Counted from the stretch's first letter, positions 28,224-38,076 are shown. The stretch: DNA of 64,000 bases from an uncultured Spirochaetota bacterium (GCA_963734545.1 CAVTHO010000005.1:224001-288000); one strand, 5' to 3'. A program made the numbers and translations. The notes: generated from the letters alone by a model not told the origin.

Positions 28224-29213
28224 ATGAATCCAAGGCCGTTCAAAGCTGATGTGCCCACTCTGCACCCCGCAACCCTCCTGGGTCCGATCACGATACGGGT
28301 CGGGGACCTCGAGCGTTCGGTCCAGTTCTATGAAAAGGCGATCGGCCTTGCGTCCGCTCGCCAGGCCGGAGGGCACACTGCTCTCGGCGTGAAAGATGAG
28401 CCGCCCCTGATTTTCCTGCAGGAAACGCCCGGCGCGCGGCATGCGCCGAGGAGCTCCGGGCTCTACCACTTCGCGATATTGCTCCCCACCCGGGCCGACC
28501 TTGGCCGTGCCCTGCAGCGGCTGATCGACTCCGATATCCGCTTTGGCCAGGCGGATCACCTCGTGAGCGAGGCCCTGTACCTTTCGGACCCGGACGGAAA
28601 TGGCATGGAGATTTATCGGGATCGACCGCGCACGGAATGGACCTGGCGCGCCGGGAAAGTCGAGATGACGGTCGATCCGCTGGACCTCGACAGCCTGCTG
28701 AAAGACGCGGGAACAATCGAGGGCTCACCGCGCGCCGGGGAGATTCGCGCCGCGGTACCCCGCGGATTTGATGGCGCCGCGGTACTCCGCGGATTTGATG
28801 GCGCCTCCGCACCCCGCGGATTCGGCGCCGCGCCGGCAGGTACCACCATCGGGCATCTCCACCTCCAGGTGTCGGACGTACAGAAGGCTGTGGAGTTCTA
28901 CCACGGCGTGCTCGGATTCGACATCACCGCCTCATTTCAAGGAGCGGCGTTCCTCAGTGCGGGCGGCTATCATCACCATCTCGGACTGAACAGCTGGAAC
29001 TCGCGCGGAGCGCCCGCCGCCCCGCCCGGCTCCTCCGGGCTGGAGTCATTCACGATCCGGGTGCCCTCCGCAGACGAGCAGGGGCGCATCGCAGCGCGCC
29101 TCAGGCAGGCGGGTGTACCCGGCGTCTTCGAGAATGGACGGTTGAGCGTGCGGGACCCGTGGAATATCGGGATAGAGATTATTTCGGAAACGCCCGCGAG
29201 CCCCGCCGGCTGA
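28224..29213 (+). CDS. VOC family protein (CatE-like, two glyoxalase domains) with repeat insertion
   Basis: GLYHFAILLP, DHLVSEALYLSDPDGNGMEIY.DRP, IGHLHL, GGYHHHLGLN. Confidence 0.92.
   Translation: MNPRPFKADVPTLHPATLLGPITIRVGDLERSVQFYEKAIGLASARQAGGHTALGVKDEPPLIFLQETPGARHAPRSSGLYHFAILLPTRADLGRALQRLIDSDIRFGQADHLVSEALYLSDPDGNGMEIYRDRPRTEWTWRAGKVEMTVDPLDLDSLLKDAGTIEGSPRAGEIRAAVPRGFDGAAVLRGFDGASAPRGFGAAPAGTTIGHLHLQVSDVQKAVEFYHGVLGFDITASFQGAAFLSAGGYHHHLGLNSWNSRGAPAAPPGSSGLESFTIRVPSADEQGRIAARLRQAGVPGVFENGRLSVRDPWNIGIEIISETPASPAG
28747..28830. repeat. Module B tandem (27-nt period, about 3 copies), in frame
   Basis: GCGCCGCGGTAC(C/T)CCGCGGATTTGATG; encodes AAVPRGFDG AAVLRGFDG ASAPRGFG. Confidence 0.9.
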
Positions 29214-29242
29214 AAAAGGCCCGCCATTACGGCGGGCCCTTG
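29213..29242. terminator. Intrinsic terminator between convergent genes
   Basis: A-run then GGCCCGCC-ATTAC-GGCGGGCC (U-tract on the minus strand). Confidence 0.7.
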
Positions 29243-29294
29243 CCTTGACTTCTTCTATGAGAGCGATCTGTTCAGCCTGCCGGCCGACGCGCGC

Positions 29295-30407
29295 TCAATC
29301 GTAGACCAGCTGCGCGATGTCGGGCTGGTCCATGTTGGTGGAGTCGTAGAACTTGGCACCGGTGTCGACGTTCGCGACCGCTTGTCCCTTCTTCGCCTGA
29401 ACGGCAAGCTCAACAGCCTTGTAGCCGATCTGGTACGGGTCCTGCGTGATCGCGCCGAAGAAGTACTTGTTCCGGATGGCCGCCTTCTGGGCTTTGCCGG
29501 CATCGAACCCGATGACCACCAGGCCGGGATACTGGGTAGGCAGCGCGCTGCCGTCGTTGGTGGCCGAAAGAACCGCCCGTGCGGTCCCCTCATTCGAGCA
29601 GAAGATGCCGAGGACATTGTCCGACTGGACACGGTTCAGCAGGGCCGCGGCGGAATTGGTGGCGTCCGTATCCTTCGGCGAAGCAGGAACTACCACGTTG
29701 ATGATGATGGCCTTTCCGCTGGTCGGGCTGTCCGGGGCGATATACGCCGGGTTCCCCGTCACGCTGATGTCGGCCTTGGAGTGGCTGGTCTGGGTGGTGA
29801 TGAGCTGGATCATCCTGTCCCGGAATCCCTTTCCGCGATCTGTCACCGACTGGCTCGTTGCGTCCTGGTTGAAGTCTATGATCATGACCGGGCTCGCGTT
29901 GCTCGCCGCTGCGATCTTGTCTTTGAGCGCGGCGAACATCTTGTCGGCGGCGACTCCCGCCGCGGCATAGCTGTTGGTGGCCGCGGTCGCGTAAATCGAG
30001 CCTTTCGGCGCATTCGGAACGCCGGAGTCGAATCCGATGATGGGGATCTTCCGCCGCACAGCCTCGTTCAGCTGATCCATAACGGAGTTCGTGTCGAGCG
30101 CCGCAAGCGCGATGGCCGCAGGGTTCTTTGCCATTGCGTTCTGCAGCATCTGCACCTGGGGCTGGATGTCGGCTTCACTGGGCGGCCCTTCGAAGGTGAT
30201 ATCGACGCCGTACTTCGCTGCCGCATCCTCCGCACCCTTCTTCACCGTCTGCCAGAACTGATGCTGGAACCCCTTGGAAATGACGGGAATGTACATCTTC
30301 CCGCCCTGCGCTGCCTGCTCTCCGCCACCGCTGGCAAACGCCGGAAGGGCGAGAGCAACAAAGAGCGCGGCCGCTGCCATGAGCAGCACGCCTTTTCGTA
30401 GGGACAT
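29295..30407 (-). CDS. Monosaccharide ABC transporter substrate-binding protein (RbsB-like)
   Basis: Signal peptide, SKGFQHQFW, IGFDSG, GFDAG, TQDPYQIG. Confidence 0.92.
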   Translation of the reverse strand: MSLRKGVLLMAAAALFVALALPAFASGGGEQAAQGGKMYIPVISKGFQHQFWQTVKKGAEDAAAKYGVDITFEGPPSEADIQPQVQMLQNAMAKNPAAIALAALDTNSVMDQLNEAVRRKIPIIGFDSGVPNAPKGSIYATAATNSYAAAGVAADKMFAALKDKIAAASNASPVMIIDFNQDATSQSVTDRGKGFRDRMIQLITTQTSHSKADISVTGNPAYIAPDSPTSGKAIIINVVVPASPKDTDATNSAAALLNRVQSDNVLGIFCSNEGTARAVLSATNDGSALPTQYPGLVVIGFDAGKAQKAAIRNKYFFGAITQDPYQIGYKAVELAVQAKKGQAVANVDTGAKFYDSTNMDQPDIAQLVYD

Positions 30408-30483
30408 ACTGGTACCTCCTCTGCGTGTCTGCCTCGAACATGCGTTCGGGGCTGGTTCATGAGTCCTGCAGCCGGCGCGGGCG

Positions 30484-30576
30484 TCAGGCCTCGCTTTTTC
30501 ACATCCCTGTGCTCGGGCTCGCTGTCCGCTGCGCGGCCAGCTTCCGCCCTATGGCTCGGCCTCGACGTCCTGTCTA
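30484..30576 (-). repeat. Family C structured element between the permease and SBP genes
   Basis: Minus strand: TAG-ACAGGACGTC-GAGGCCGAGC...GAGCACAGGGATGTGAAAAAGCGAGGCC; same architecture as 13858-14057. Confidence 0.7.
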
Positions 30577-31869
30577 TGGCTGCCGCTCGATTTCCTTCTG
30601 CTGCGGAAGATCCTTGTGCTTGACCATTTCGGCAAACTCGTGATCCGCCGCCTTCTCTTCCGCCCGGATTCGGGCCTGCTCCGCCTTCTCCTCCACTCTC
30701 ATCTTCGCGAAGGCGGCCTTCAGCTCGCTTTTCGCCTTTGCGATCTGCACCCGAATCGCAGCGGCCTGCGAGGTCTCACCGGCCGCCCTGCGCGACGAGG
30801 CGTCCTGCTTCATGGCGGCGATCTTCTCCAGCATCGACGCCTTGTACGCATCCGCCGGCGTCTCGATCCGCACTTCCGCCGCCTTCTTGTTGCGGTACAT
30901 GTCCAGGAGCACGGCTCCAATGACGATGATTCCCGTGAAGAAAGTCTGGTAGTGAGCCTCGAGGTTCAGGGCCGGCAGCCCGGTGGCCAGCACCGACATG
31001 ATGAACACGCCGATGATGGTTCCCCAGATCGTGCCGATGCCTCCCGCAAGCGAGGTCCCTCCGATGACTGCTGCCGCGATGGCATACAGCTCGAATCCCT
31101 GCCCCTGCGCGGGCAGGACCGTGGTGTAGATCGCGGCATAGGCGATTCCGCCGATGCCCGCCGTGGCACCGGCGATGACATAGACCAGCAGCTCCCACTT
31201 CTTCACGTCGACGCCGGAGAGACGGGCCGCTTCCTTGTTGCTGCCGATGGCATACGTGTAGCGGCCCAGCTTCGTGCTGGAGAGGAGCAGATGGCAGAGC
31301 ACGGCAACGGCGGCGAGCAGGAGCGCGCCCGTCGGTATGGCCCCTCCGGACTTACCGATGTAGAGGAAGATGCTCTTGAACCATCCGCCCTCCGTGCCGC
31401 GGATGGGGAAGGTGGCGCTCTGCACGTTGGCAACAATGGAGCCGACGCCCATCGAGATCATCATTGTGCCCAGTGTCACGATGAACGGGGGCATCTTCAG
31501 CCGGGAGACGAACAGGCCATTGATGTAGCCGAACGCGATGCCCACCACGATGATAAGGAGAAGGGAGGGGACCATCGGGAATCCATGCTTGAGCGCGGTG
31601 CCGCCGATGATGGCGGCGCACATCATGACCGTCCCGATGGAAAGGTCGATCCCGCCGCTGATGATGACAAAAGTCACGCCCATCGAGATGAAGCCAATGT
31701 AGTAGGCGGCGCTGATGATGTTCACCAGGGTGGGGTAGGAGAAGTAGTTGCGCCCGAACAGGCCGAACAGGACGTAGAGAATGACAAGGGCCCCCGGGGC
31801 AAGCACCCACTTCAGCCCCCGTTCCCGGAACCACTGCATTCGACTCATCTCGAGCGTCATATCCGCCAT
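30574..31869 (-). CDS. Monosaccharide ABC permease (RbsC-like) with long charged C-terminal tail
   Basis: GGIDLSIG, PPFIVTLG, YAIGSNKEAARLSG, ELYAIAAAVIGGTSL.GG. Confidence 0.92.
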   Translation of the reverse strand: MADMTLEMSRMQWFRERGLKWVLAPGALVILYVLFGLFGRNYFSYPTLVNIISAAYYIGFISMGVTFVIISGGIDLSIGTVMMCAAIIGGTALKHGFPMVPSLLLIIVVGIAFGYINGLFVSRLKMPPFIVTLGTMMISMGVGSIVANVQSATFPIRGTEGGWFKSIFLYIGKSGGAIPTGALLLAAVAVLCHLLLSSTKLGRYTYAIGSNKEAARLSGVDVKKWELLVYVIAGATAGIGGIAYAAIYTTVLPAQGQGFELYAIAAAVIGGTSLAGGIGTIWGTIIGVFIMSVLATGLPALNLEAHYQTFFTGIIVIGAVLLDMYRNKKAAEVRIETPADAYKASMLEKIAAMKQDASSRRAAGETSQAAAIRVQIAKAKSELKAAFAKMRVEEKAEQARIRAEEKAADHEFAEMVKHKDLPQQKEIERQP

Positions 31870-31872
31870 GCT

Positions 31873-33393
31873 TCAGCTCCTGCTGAGGACCGCTTGGTGG
31901 CCAATGGTCGCGTACCCCATGATGGCTTCCTGGCTGGCCTCTTCAATGGGAAGCTCCCCGGTGAGCCTTCCCTCTGACATTACGATGATGCGGTCGCTCA
32001 TGCGGAGGATCTCAGGCAGCTCCGACGAGATCATGATGACCGACTTGCCCTCTCGGGTCAGCTCGTTCATCAGCGTATAGATTTCACTTTTCGCCCCCAC
32101 GTCGATCCCGCGGGTCGGCTCGTCGAAGATCAGGATGTCGCAGTTGCGGATGAGCCACTTGGCGATAACGACCTTCTGCTGGTTCCCCCCGGAGAGATTT
32201 CTCAGGAGCTGTTCAAGGGAGGGCGTCTTGATGTTCAGCCGGCGCACGTACTCTTCAGTCGCCTGCCGCACCTTTTTTGCATTGATGAACAGGCCGCGCT
32301 GGAAGCGGTTGTACGTGGCCAATGCCAGGTTGTCCCGCACGCTCAGGTTGACCGCGAGGCCGAAGCGCTTGCGGTCTTCTGAGAGGTAGCCGATCCCGTT
32401 CGCCACGGCATCCTCCGGCGACTGGATGGACACGCGGCGTCCCCGCACCTCGATCGTGCCGCTCTGGACCTCGTCCGCGCCGAAGATGGCCCGCGCCGTT
32501 TCGGTCCGGCCGGATCCCATCAGCCCGGCGATGCCGAGGATTTCCCCCTGCCGCAGGTCGAAGCTGACGTCCCGCACGAGCCTCCCGGCGTTCAGCCGGT
32601 TCACCCGCAGAACGACCGGCGCGTTCGGTGGAACGCTGCCGCGCGTCTTCGGCTGCTCGTAGATGACCCGGCCCACCATCATGTTGATGATCTGCTGCTT
32701 GGTCACCTCGGCGGTCGGCTTCGTATCGACGCGCTCGCCGTCGCGCAGAACCGTCACCCGATGGGCAATGCGGTGGATCTCGTCGAGGCGGTGGGAAATG
32801 TGGATCATCGCCACGCCCCGGCTCGCCAGGTCGCGCATGATGGCGAAAAGCTCGTCGATCTCGGCGTCCGTCAGCGCGGCTGTCGGCTCGTCCAGGATCA
32901 GAATTCGCAGTCGGTGCGACACCGCCTTCGCGATCTCCACCATCTGCTGCTTGCCGACTGACAGCCGCCCGAGCGGCTCGTTGGGATCGATGTTCATCTT
33001 CAGCCGCTTGAACAACTCCTCCGCCCGCCGGGTCTGCTCGCGCTTGTCCAGAAAGATGCCATTGAGACGGGTGGATTCCCTTCCGATGAAGATGTTCTGG
33101 GCCACCGTGAGGTGATACATCATGTTCAATTCCTGGTGGATGATCCCGATGCCCATCTCGAGGGCATGCTTGGGGCTGCGCGGATTGAACAAGTGGCCGA
33201 GGTAGTGGATTTCCCCGGAATCTTTCGCATTGATGCCGATGAGGACCTTCATGAGCGTCGACTTGCCGGCGCCGTTCTCCCCGACCAGCGCGTGGATCTC
33301 AGCCTCGTCGAGATCGAAGTCCACCTGCCGCAGGGCATGCACACCAGTGAAGCGTTTGTCGATTCTCTGCATGGAGAGGATTTGCCGGCCCAT
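31873..33393 (-). CDS. Monosaccharide ABC ATPase (RbsA-like, two domains)
   Basis: GENGAGKST, LDEPTAAL, LSGGNQQK, DEPTRGIDVGAK. Confidence 0.95.
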   Translation of the reverse strand: MGRQILSMQRIDKRFTGVHALRQVDFDLDEAEIHALVGENGAGKSTLMKVLIGINAKDSGEIHYLGHLFNPRSPKHALEMGIGIIHQELNMMYHLTVAQNIFIGRESTRLNGIFLDKREQTRRAEELFKRLKMNIDPNEPLGRLSVGKQQMVEIAKAVSHRLRILILDEPTAALTDAEIDELFAIMRDLASRGVAMIHISHRLDEIHRIAHRVTVLRDGERVDTKPTAEVTKQQIINMMVGRVIYEQPKTRGSVPPNAPVVLRVNRLNAGRLVRDVSFDLRQGEILGIAGLMGSGRTETARAIFGADEVQSGTIEVRGRRVSIQSPEDAVANGIGYLSEDRKRFGLAVNLSVRDNLALATYNRFQRGLFINAKKVRQATEEYVRRLNIKTPSLEQLLRNLSGGNQQKVVIAKWLIRNCDILIFDEPTRGIDVGAKSEIYTLMNELTREGKSVIMISSELPEILRMSDRIIVMSEGRLTGELPIEEASQEAIMGYATIGHQAVLSRS

Positions 33394-33612
33394 ATTGATT
33401 GCCACGATTATTGCGTGCTTTCCGGCTTATGTAAAGAGAGAGCTTTCAATCGTGCGGCTCGCCATACATGCGCTACGAAACAATGGTACGAATAACGCGC
33501 ACGGAGAGTCAAGCTGCGGCACTCCCTCGTCAGAAATCCATTTGAAGGAAAGCCATTCCGGCGCCTTACGCGACCGTTGCCCCGGCGCGGGCACGACGAT
33601 ACATTCTACGCG

Positions 33613-34353
33613 ATGAGAATCGGTGAAAATGCCGAGGCTCTTGAGCTCACGATGAGCTTCCTCGGCAACCGGGGAGTCATTTATCCCACGCTCTTCTGGG
33701 ATGACGCGGACGGCGCGACCCTGGTGGATGCGGGCATGCCCGGGCATCTGCCCGACATTGAAGGGAAGCTCCACGACCTGGGGCTGAAGCTCACCGACAT
33801 CCGCAGGATACTCCTGACCCATCAGGACATCGACCACATCGGCTCGGCCGCCGACATCGCGCGCGCATCAGGGGCCGAGGTGTACGCGCACGAGGCGGAC
33901 GTTCCCTATATCCAGGGAGAAAAACCTCTTCTCAAGCTGGACATGAGCAGGTACGAGTCCCGGCTCCTCGCTCTACCCAAGAAGCAGCAGGACCGGGTAC
34001 GCGCGTTCCTCTCTTCACCACCGCGGGTCAGGGTGGATCGCGTCTTGAATGGCGGAGAGGAGTTGTCTTTCCACGGTGGGATCGTGGTCATCCCCACGCC
34101 GGGCCACACGCCGGGGCATGTGTGCTACTACGTCAAGACGCAGATGCTGCTGATGGCGGGAGACGCGCTGCGCGTCGAGGAGGGCAGCCTGATCGGTCCA
34201 AGCCCCCTGGGAACGCCGGACATGCGGCGGGCAGTGAGCTCCCTGAAGAACCTCCAACCCTACCGTATCGACATGGTGCTCTGCTATCACGGAGGGCTCG
34301 CTCAGCGGGAAGTAGGCTCCCGGCTGCGGGAGCTCGCCAGGATCGGGGGCTGA
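33613..34353 (+). CDS. MBL-fold metallo-hydrolase
   Basis: THQDIDHIG, TPGHTPGH, GDA, CYHGG. Confidence 0.9.
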   Translation: MRIGENAEALELTMSFLGNRGVIYPTLFWDDADGATLVDAGMPGHLPDIEGKLHDLGLKLTDIRRILLTHQDIDHIGSAADIARASGAEVYAHEADVPYIQGEKPLLKLDMSRYESRLLALPKKQQDRVRAFLSSPPRVRVDRVLNGGEELSFHGGIVVIPTPGHTPGHVCYYVKTQMLLMAGDALRVEEGSLIGPSPLGTPDMRRAVSSLKNLQPYRIDMVLCYHGGLAQREVGSRLRELARIGG

Positions 34354-34449
34354 AGCTGCCCGCTCCGCTGATCGCACCCGCTCGCCGACACGCGCGTGTG
34401 CAGGCCCAGGCGTTTCCTCATGTACGACTATTTTAGTACTATTTATCCG

Positions 34450-35493
34450 ATGCCAGGTCACGCGGTTTCGGAAAAACAGGTTCTGGACGCTCTTCGCACC
34501 GTGCAGGAACCGGAGTTGCATCGGGACCTCGTGTCGCTGGACTTCATTCGCGATATCCGCATCAACGGCGCGGATGTCGCGTTTTCAGTGACTCTCACTA
34601 CCCCCGCCTGCCCGTTGAAGGACCAGATCAGGGAGGAGAGTGAAAAAGCCATCCGGGAGCTCGTTCCGGGTGTGCAGCGTATCGACATCACCTTCGACGC
34701 CCGGGTCCGTGCGGACAAACGAATACAGGACAAGATCAATCTCCCAATCAAGACCATTGTCGCGGTGGGCAGCGGGAAAGGCGGTGTGGGCAAGTCCACC
34801 ATCAGCGTCAATCTCGCGGTGGGGCTCGCGCAATGGGGCGCCAAGGTGGGATTGCTGGACGCGGACATCTATGGACCCAATATCCCCACCCTGATGGGAG
34901 TGCAGGACCTTCCTCCGCCGGACGGAGAAAAAATGGTGCCGGTGCTTGCCCACGGTGTGCGGGTCATGAGCATGGGGTTTCTCGTCGGAGCGGAGGAAGC
35001 CCTGGTCTGGCGGGGCCCGATGATCCACAGCGCGCTCCGCCAGCTCCTCACGGAAGTGGTGTGGGGCGAGCTCGATTACCTCGTGGTGGACCTGCCGCCG
35101 GGCACCGGGGACGCGCAGCTCAGCATCGCCCAGCTTGTGCCTCTCACGGGGGGCATTGTGGTCACCACCCCGCAGCTTCTCTCCGTGAGCGACGCCCGTC
35201 GGGGGGTCACCGCGTTCCGAAAGCTGGGGGTCCCTGTCCTGGGCGTCGTGGAGAACATGAGCGGCGATGTCTTCGGCAGCGGCGGCGGCGAGCGCGCCGC
35301 GGCCGAGATGGGCGTGCCATTTCTTGCCCGCATTCCGCTGGACCCCCGCGTCTCCCGGCTGGGAGACGAAGGCCGGCCCGCCGTCACCGTCGAGGAGGCC
35401 CTCGAATCGAAGGTGGCATTCCGCGAGCTTGCCCGCAGCGTCGCTGCCGCGATCAGCGTGCACCAGTTCCAGGAGAACGGGAAGGGGCGATGA
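34450..35493 (+). CDS. mrp: Mrp/NBP35 (ApbC) Fe-S cluster carrier ATPase
   Basis: N-terminal LTTPACP domain, [35 protein letters not shown]. Confidence 0.93.
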   Translation: MPGHAVSEKQVLDALRTVQEPELHRDLVSLDFIRDIRINGADVAFSVTLTTPACPLKDQIREESEKAIRELVPGVQRIDITFDARVRADKRIQDKINLPIKTIVAVGSGKGGVGKSTISVNLAVGLAQWGAKVGLLDADIYGPNIPTLMGVQDLPPPDGEKMVPVLAHGVRVMSMGFLVGAEEALVWRGPMIHSALRQLLTEVVWGELDYLVVDLPPGTGDAQLSIAQLVPLTGGIVVTTPQLLSVSDARRGVTAFRKLGVPVLGVVENMSGDVFGSGGGERAAAEMGVPFLARIPLDPRVSRLGDEGRPAVTVEEALESKVAFRELARSVAAAISVHQFQENGKGR

Positions 35494-36260
35494 AACTACA
35501 TGTCGATATCAGGCGCTTCGACCCCCGGTCGGGAGCGCCCTCCTTTGAACAGGGATATGAGGTGGAAGCGGAGCCCACGGACCGGCTGCTCGACGTGCTC
35601 CTCCGCATCAAGAGCCTTCAGGATGCCTCCCTCTCCTTCCGCTACAGCTGCGCGCACGGCGTGTGCGGCTCCGACGCCATGCGCATCAACGGCAAGGAAC
35701 GCCTGGCGTGCAAGACCCTGGTGCGCGATGTCGCGGGCACCGGTGAGGCGAATGGGCAGGAGGCGGTACGGGTGCAGATCGAGCCGCTGCGCCACTTGCC
35801 GGTGCTGCGTGACCTGATCGTGGACCAGGCGGAGTTCTTCCGCCGCAGCCTGACGGTCACTCCGTTTCTCCTGCCCGCGGGAACCGCCGTGGACAGGGAA
35901 ATGCTCCAGGCGCCGCAGCAGCAGCAGCAATTCGAGGATGCGACGAAATGCATCAACTGCGCGGCCTGTTTTTCCGCGTGTCCCGTGCTGGAAAAGAACC
36001 CGCGGTTCCTCGGACCCGCGGCCATCGTGCATGCCGCCCGGTTCGTTGAGGACAGCCGCGACTGGGGCCTGGCGCCGCGGCTGGACGCCCTGGACACTCC
36101 GGACGGGGTCTGGGGGTGCGAGAATCACTTCGAATGCACGCGGGTCTGTCCGCGGGAGATCAAGGTGACGAAGCTGATCAATCTCATGAAGCGGCGCGTG
36201 ACGCAGGAGCGGGAAAAGCGCGGGGAGAACGTTCACGGTTCGTCGGAGAAGGGCGCCTAG
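35490..36260 (+). CDS. sdhB: Succinate dehydrogenase/fumarate reductase iron-sulfur subunit
   Basis: [45 protein letters not shown]. Confidence 0.9.
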   Translation: MKLHVDIRRFDPRSGAPSFEQGYEVEAEPTDRLLDVLLRIKSLQDASLSFRYSCAHGVCGSDAMRINGKERLACKTLVRDVAGTGEANGQEAVRVQIEPLRHLPVLRDLIVDQAEFFRRSLTVTPFLLPAGTAVDREMLQAPQQQQQFEDATKCINCAACFSACPVLEKNPRFLGPAAIVHAARFVEDSRDWGLAPRLDALDTPDGVWGCENHFECTRVCPREIKVTKLINLMKRRVTQEREKRGENVHGSSEKGA

Positions 36261-36262
36261 GA

Positions 36263-37255
36263 GTGTCGGACGCGCGGGCTTCACAGCGAAAGCCGGAGTG
36301 GCTGAAGATCCGGCTCAATACGACGGAGAGCTACGTCGCCGTCAAGAATCTCGTGCGCGCGGGGGAGCTGCACACCGTCTGCGAGGAGGCGCGCTGTCCC
36401 AATCTGCACGAGTGCTGGGGCACGCACCGTACGGCGAGCTTCATGATCCTGGGAGACACCTGCACGCGGCGCTGCCGTTTCTGCGCCGTGGGCACCGGTC
36501 TGCCCGGCGAGGTGGACCGCCTGGAGCCCCTGCGCGTGGCAGCGGCCGTCATGCGCATGGGGTTGAAGCACGCTCATGTCACGATGGTCAACAGGGATGA
36601 CCTGGCGGACGGCGGCGCATTCATGATGGCCTCAACTGTCCGCGCCATCCACGCGCGCGTGCCGGACTGCTCGATCGAGGTCCTCACCTCTGACTTCATG
36701 GGCTCCCGGGAGGCCATCCACGCCGTGGTGGAGAGCGCGGCCGACGTGGTGAGCCACAACGTGGAAACAGTACGCAGGCTGACGCCCCTCGTGCGCTCGC
36801 GCTCCAGCTATGACAGGTCGCTGGAGTTCCTCCGTATCGCAAAAGAGCTCGACCCGGAAGGCGTCACCAAGTCGAGCATCATGCTCGGGCTGGGCGAATC
36901 GCGCGAGGAGGTGATCTCCACACTGGAGGACCTTCGCGCGGCGCGTGTGGACATTGTCAACATCGGGCAGTACCTCCAGCCCACGCGCAACAACATCCCG
37001 GTGGACAGGTACTGGCACCCCGGTGAGTTCGCGGAGCTCAAGGAAGTCGCCATGGAGAAGGGCTTCCTCTACTGCGAGGCAGGGCCGCTGGTCCGGTCCT
37101 CCTATCACGCCGGAGAGCAGTACGAGGGGTTTCGCGAGCACCTCGCCCGCATCCGCGCCGCCGTACCCGGCGGATTGGGCGCCGCTGTACCCGGCGGATT
37201 GGGCGCCGCCGCAGGCGGATCCCGGGCGGCGCAAAATCCAGACCTGCCTACATGA
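36263..37255 (+). CDS. lipA: Lipoyl synthase (radical SAM) with repeat-derived C-terminal tail
   Basis: KPEWLK, CEEARCPNLHECW, CTRRCRFC, GQYLQP, GPLVRSSY. Confidence 0.96.
   Translation: MSDARASQRKPEWLKIRLNTTESYVAVKNLVRAGELHTVCEEARCPNLHECWGTHRTASFMILGDTCTRRCRFCAVGTGLPGEVDRLEPLRVAAAVMRMGLKHAHVTMVNRDDLADGGAFMMASTVRAIHARVPDCSIEVLTSDFMGSREAIHAVVESAADVVSHNVETVRRLTPLVRSRSSYDRSLEFLRIAKELDPEGVTKSSIMLGLGESREEVISTLEDLRAARVDIVNIGQYLQPTRNNIPVDRYWHPGEFAELKEVAMEKGFLYCEAGPLVRSSYHAGEQYEGFREHLARIRAAVPGGLGAAVPGGLGAAAGGSRAAQNPDLPT
37155..37222. repeat. Module B variant tandem (24-nt period), in frame
   Basis: GCGCCGC(C/T)GTACCCGGCGGATTGG x2 plus a partial copy; encodes AAVPGGLG. Confidence 0.85.
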
Positions 37256-38025
37256 TCGACGTTTCCTCGCACCGGCCCGCTGCCGCCCGGCGAGGTGCGC
37301 GAGTCCATCGCGTCCTGCACGTCCGCGACCTCACCGAGAGCGCCTTTGTGCTGCGGTTCTCCCGGGAAGGCCTTGTCTTCCGTGCCGGGCAGTGGGTGAA
37401 TCTCGGGCTGCCGCGAAGCAGGGACCAGCGCGAGTACTCGCTTTATTCCTCACCCGGGGATTCCTTCCTCGAGGTCCTCGTCAAGGAGATCCCTGAAGGA
37501 ACGGTGTCCCGCGCTCTCCGCCGCTGCCGTCCGGGAGATGCGTTGGAGGTGGACGGGCCTCACGGCTCCTTCACCCTGGTCGAGGGCACGCGCGCATCCG
37601 CTCAATTCCTGTTCATCGCCACCGGCACCGGCGTCTCGCCCTTTCACTGCTTTGCCCGGAACAATCCCGGACTGGACTATCTCCTGCTGCACGGGGTCAG
37701 GGACGCTTCCGAGCTGTACGACAGCGGGACCTTCGCTCCGGACCGATTCATCCCCTGCATCAGCCGGGGACACGGTGCCGAATCCGCGGGACACGGCGTA
37801 CCCGCCGAACGGGTGCTCCCGTACCGCGGCGCCAAATCCGCGGAGTACCGCGGCGCGCGTAATGCCTATGCCGGCCGTGTCACCACCTACCTGGCCGAGC
37901 AGCCGGTGGAGACTTCGCGGTACTGCTACCTGTGTGGCAACAGCGACATGATCTATGAAGCCTACGCGCTGCTGAAGAAGCGCGGTGTTTCCCACTCCCG
38001 CATCTTCGCCGAGGTCTACTTCTAG
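37252..38025 (+). CDS. Ferredoxin-NADP+ reductase-like flavoprotein with repeat insertion
   Basis: FRAGQW, REYS, G.VS, IATGTGVSPF, YLCGN, EVYF. Confidence 0.9.
   Translation: MIDVSSHRPAAARRGARVHRVLHVRDLTESAFVLRFSREGLVFRAGQWVNLGLPRSRDQREYSLYSSPGDSFLEVLVKEIPEGTVSRALRRCRPGDALEVDGPHGSFTLVEGTRASAQFLFIATGTGVSPFHCFARNNPGLDYLLLHGVRDASELYDSGTFAPDRFIPCISRGHGAESAGHGVPAERVLPYRGAKSAEYRGARNAYAGRVTTYLAEQPVETSRYCYLCGNSDMIYEAYALLKKRGVSHSRIFAEVYF
37771..37858. repeat. Composite B-A-B palindromic insertion, in frame inside FNR
   Basis: GGTGCCGAATCCGCGGGACACGGCGTACCCGCCGAACGGGTGCTCCCGTACCGCGGCGCCAAATCCGCGGAGTACCGCGGCGC. Confidence 0.85.
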
Positions 38026-38076
38026 GTCTCCACGGGATCCGCAGCCCGCGGAGCTCTGCGCCCGCGTTTTCCCGTG

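Noticed and set aside
38030-38062. GC-rich intergenic sequence with CCGCGGAG between FNR and melA
   Set aside because: Too divergent from module B to call
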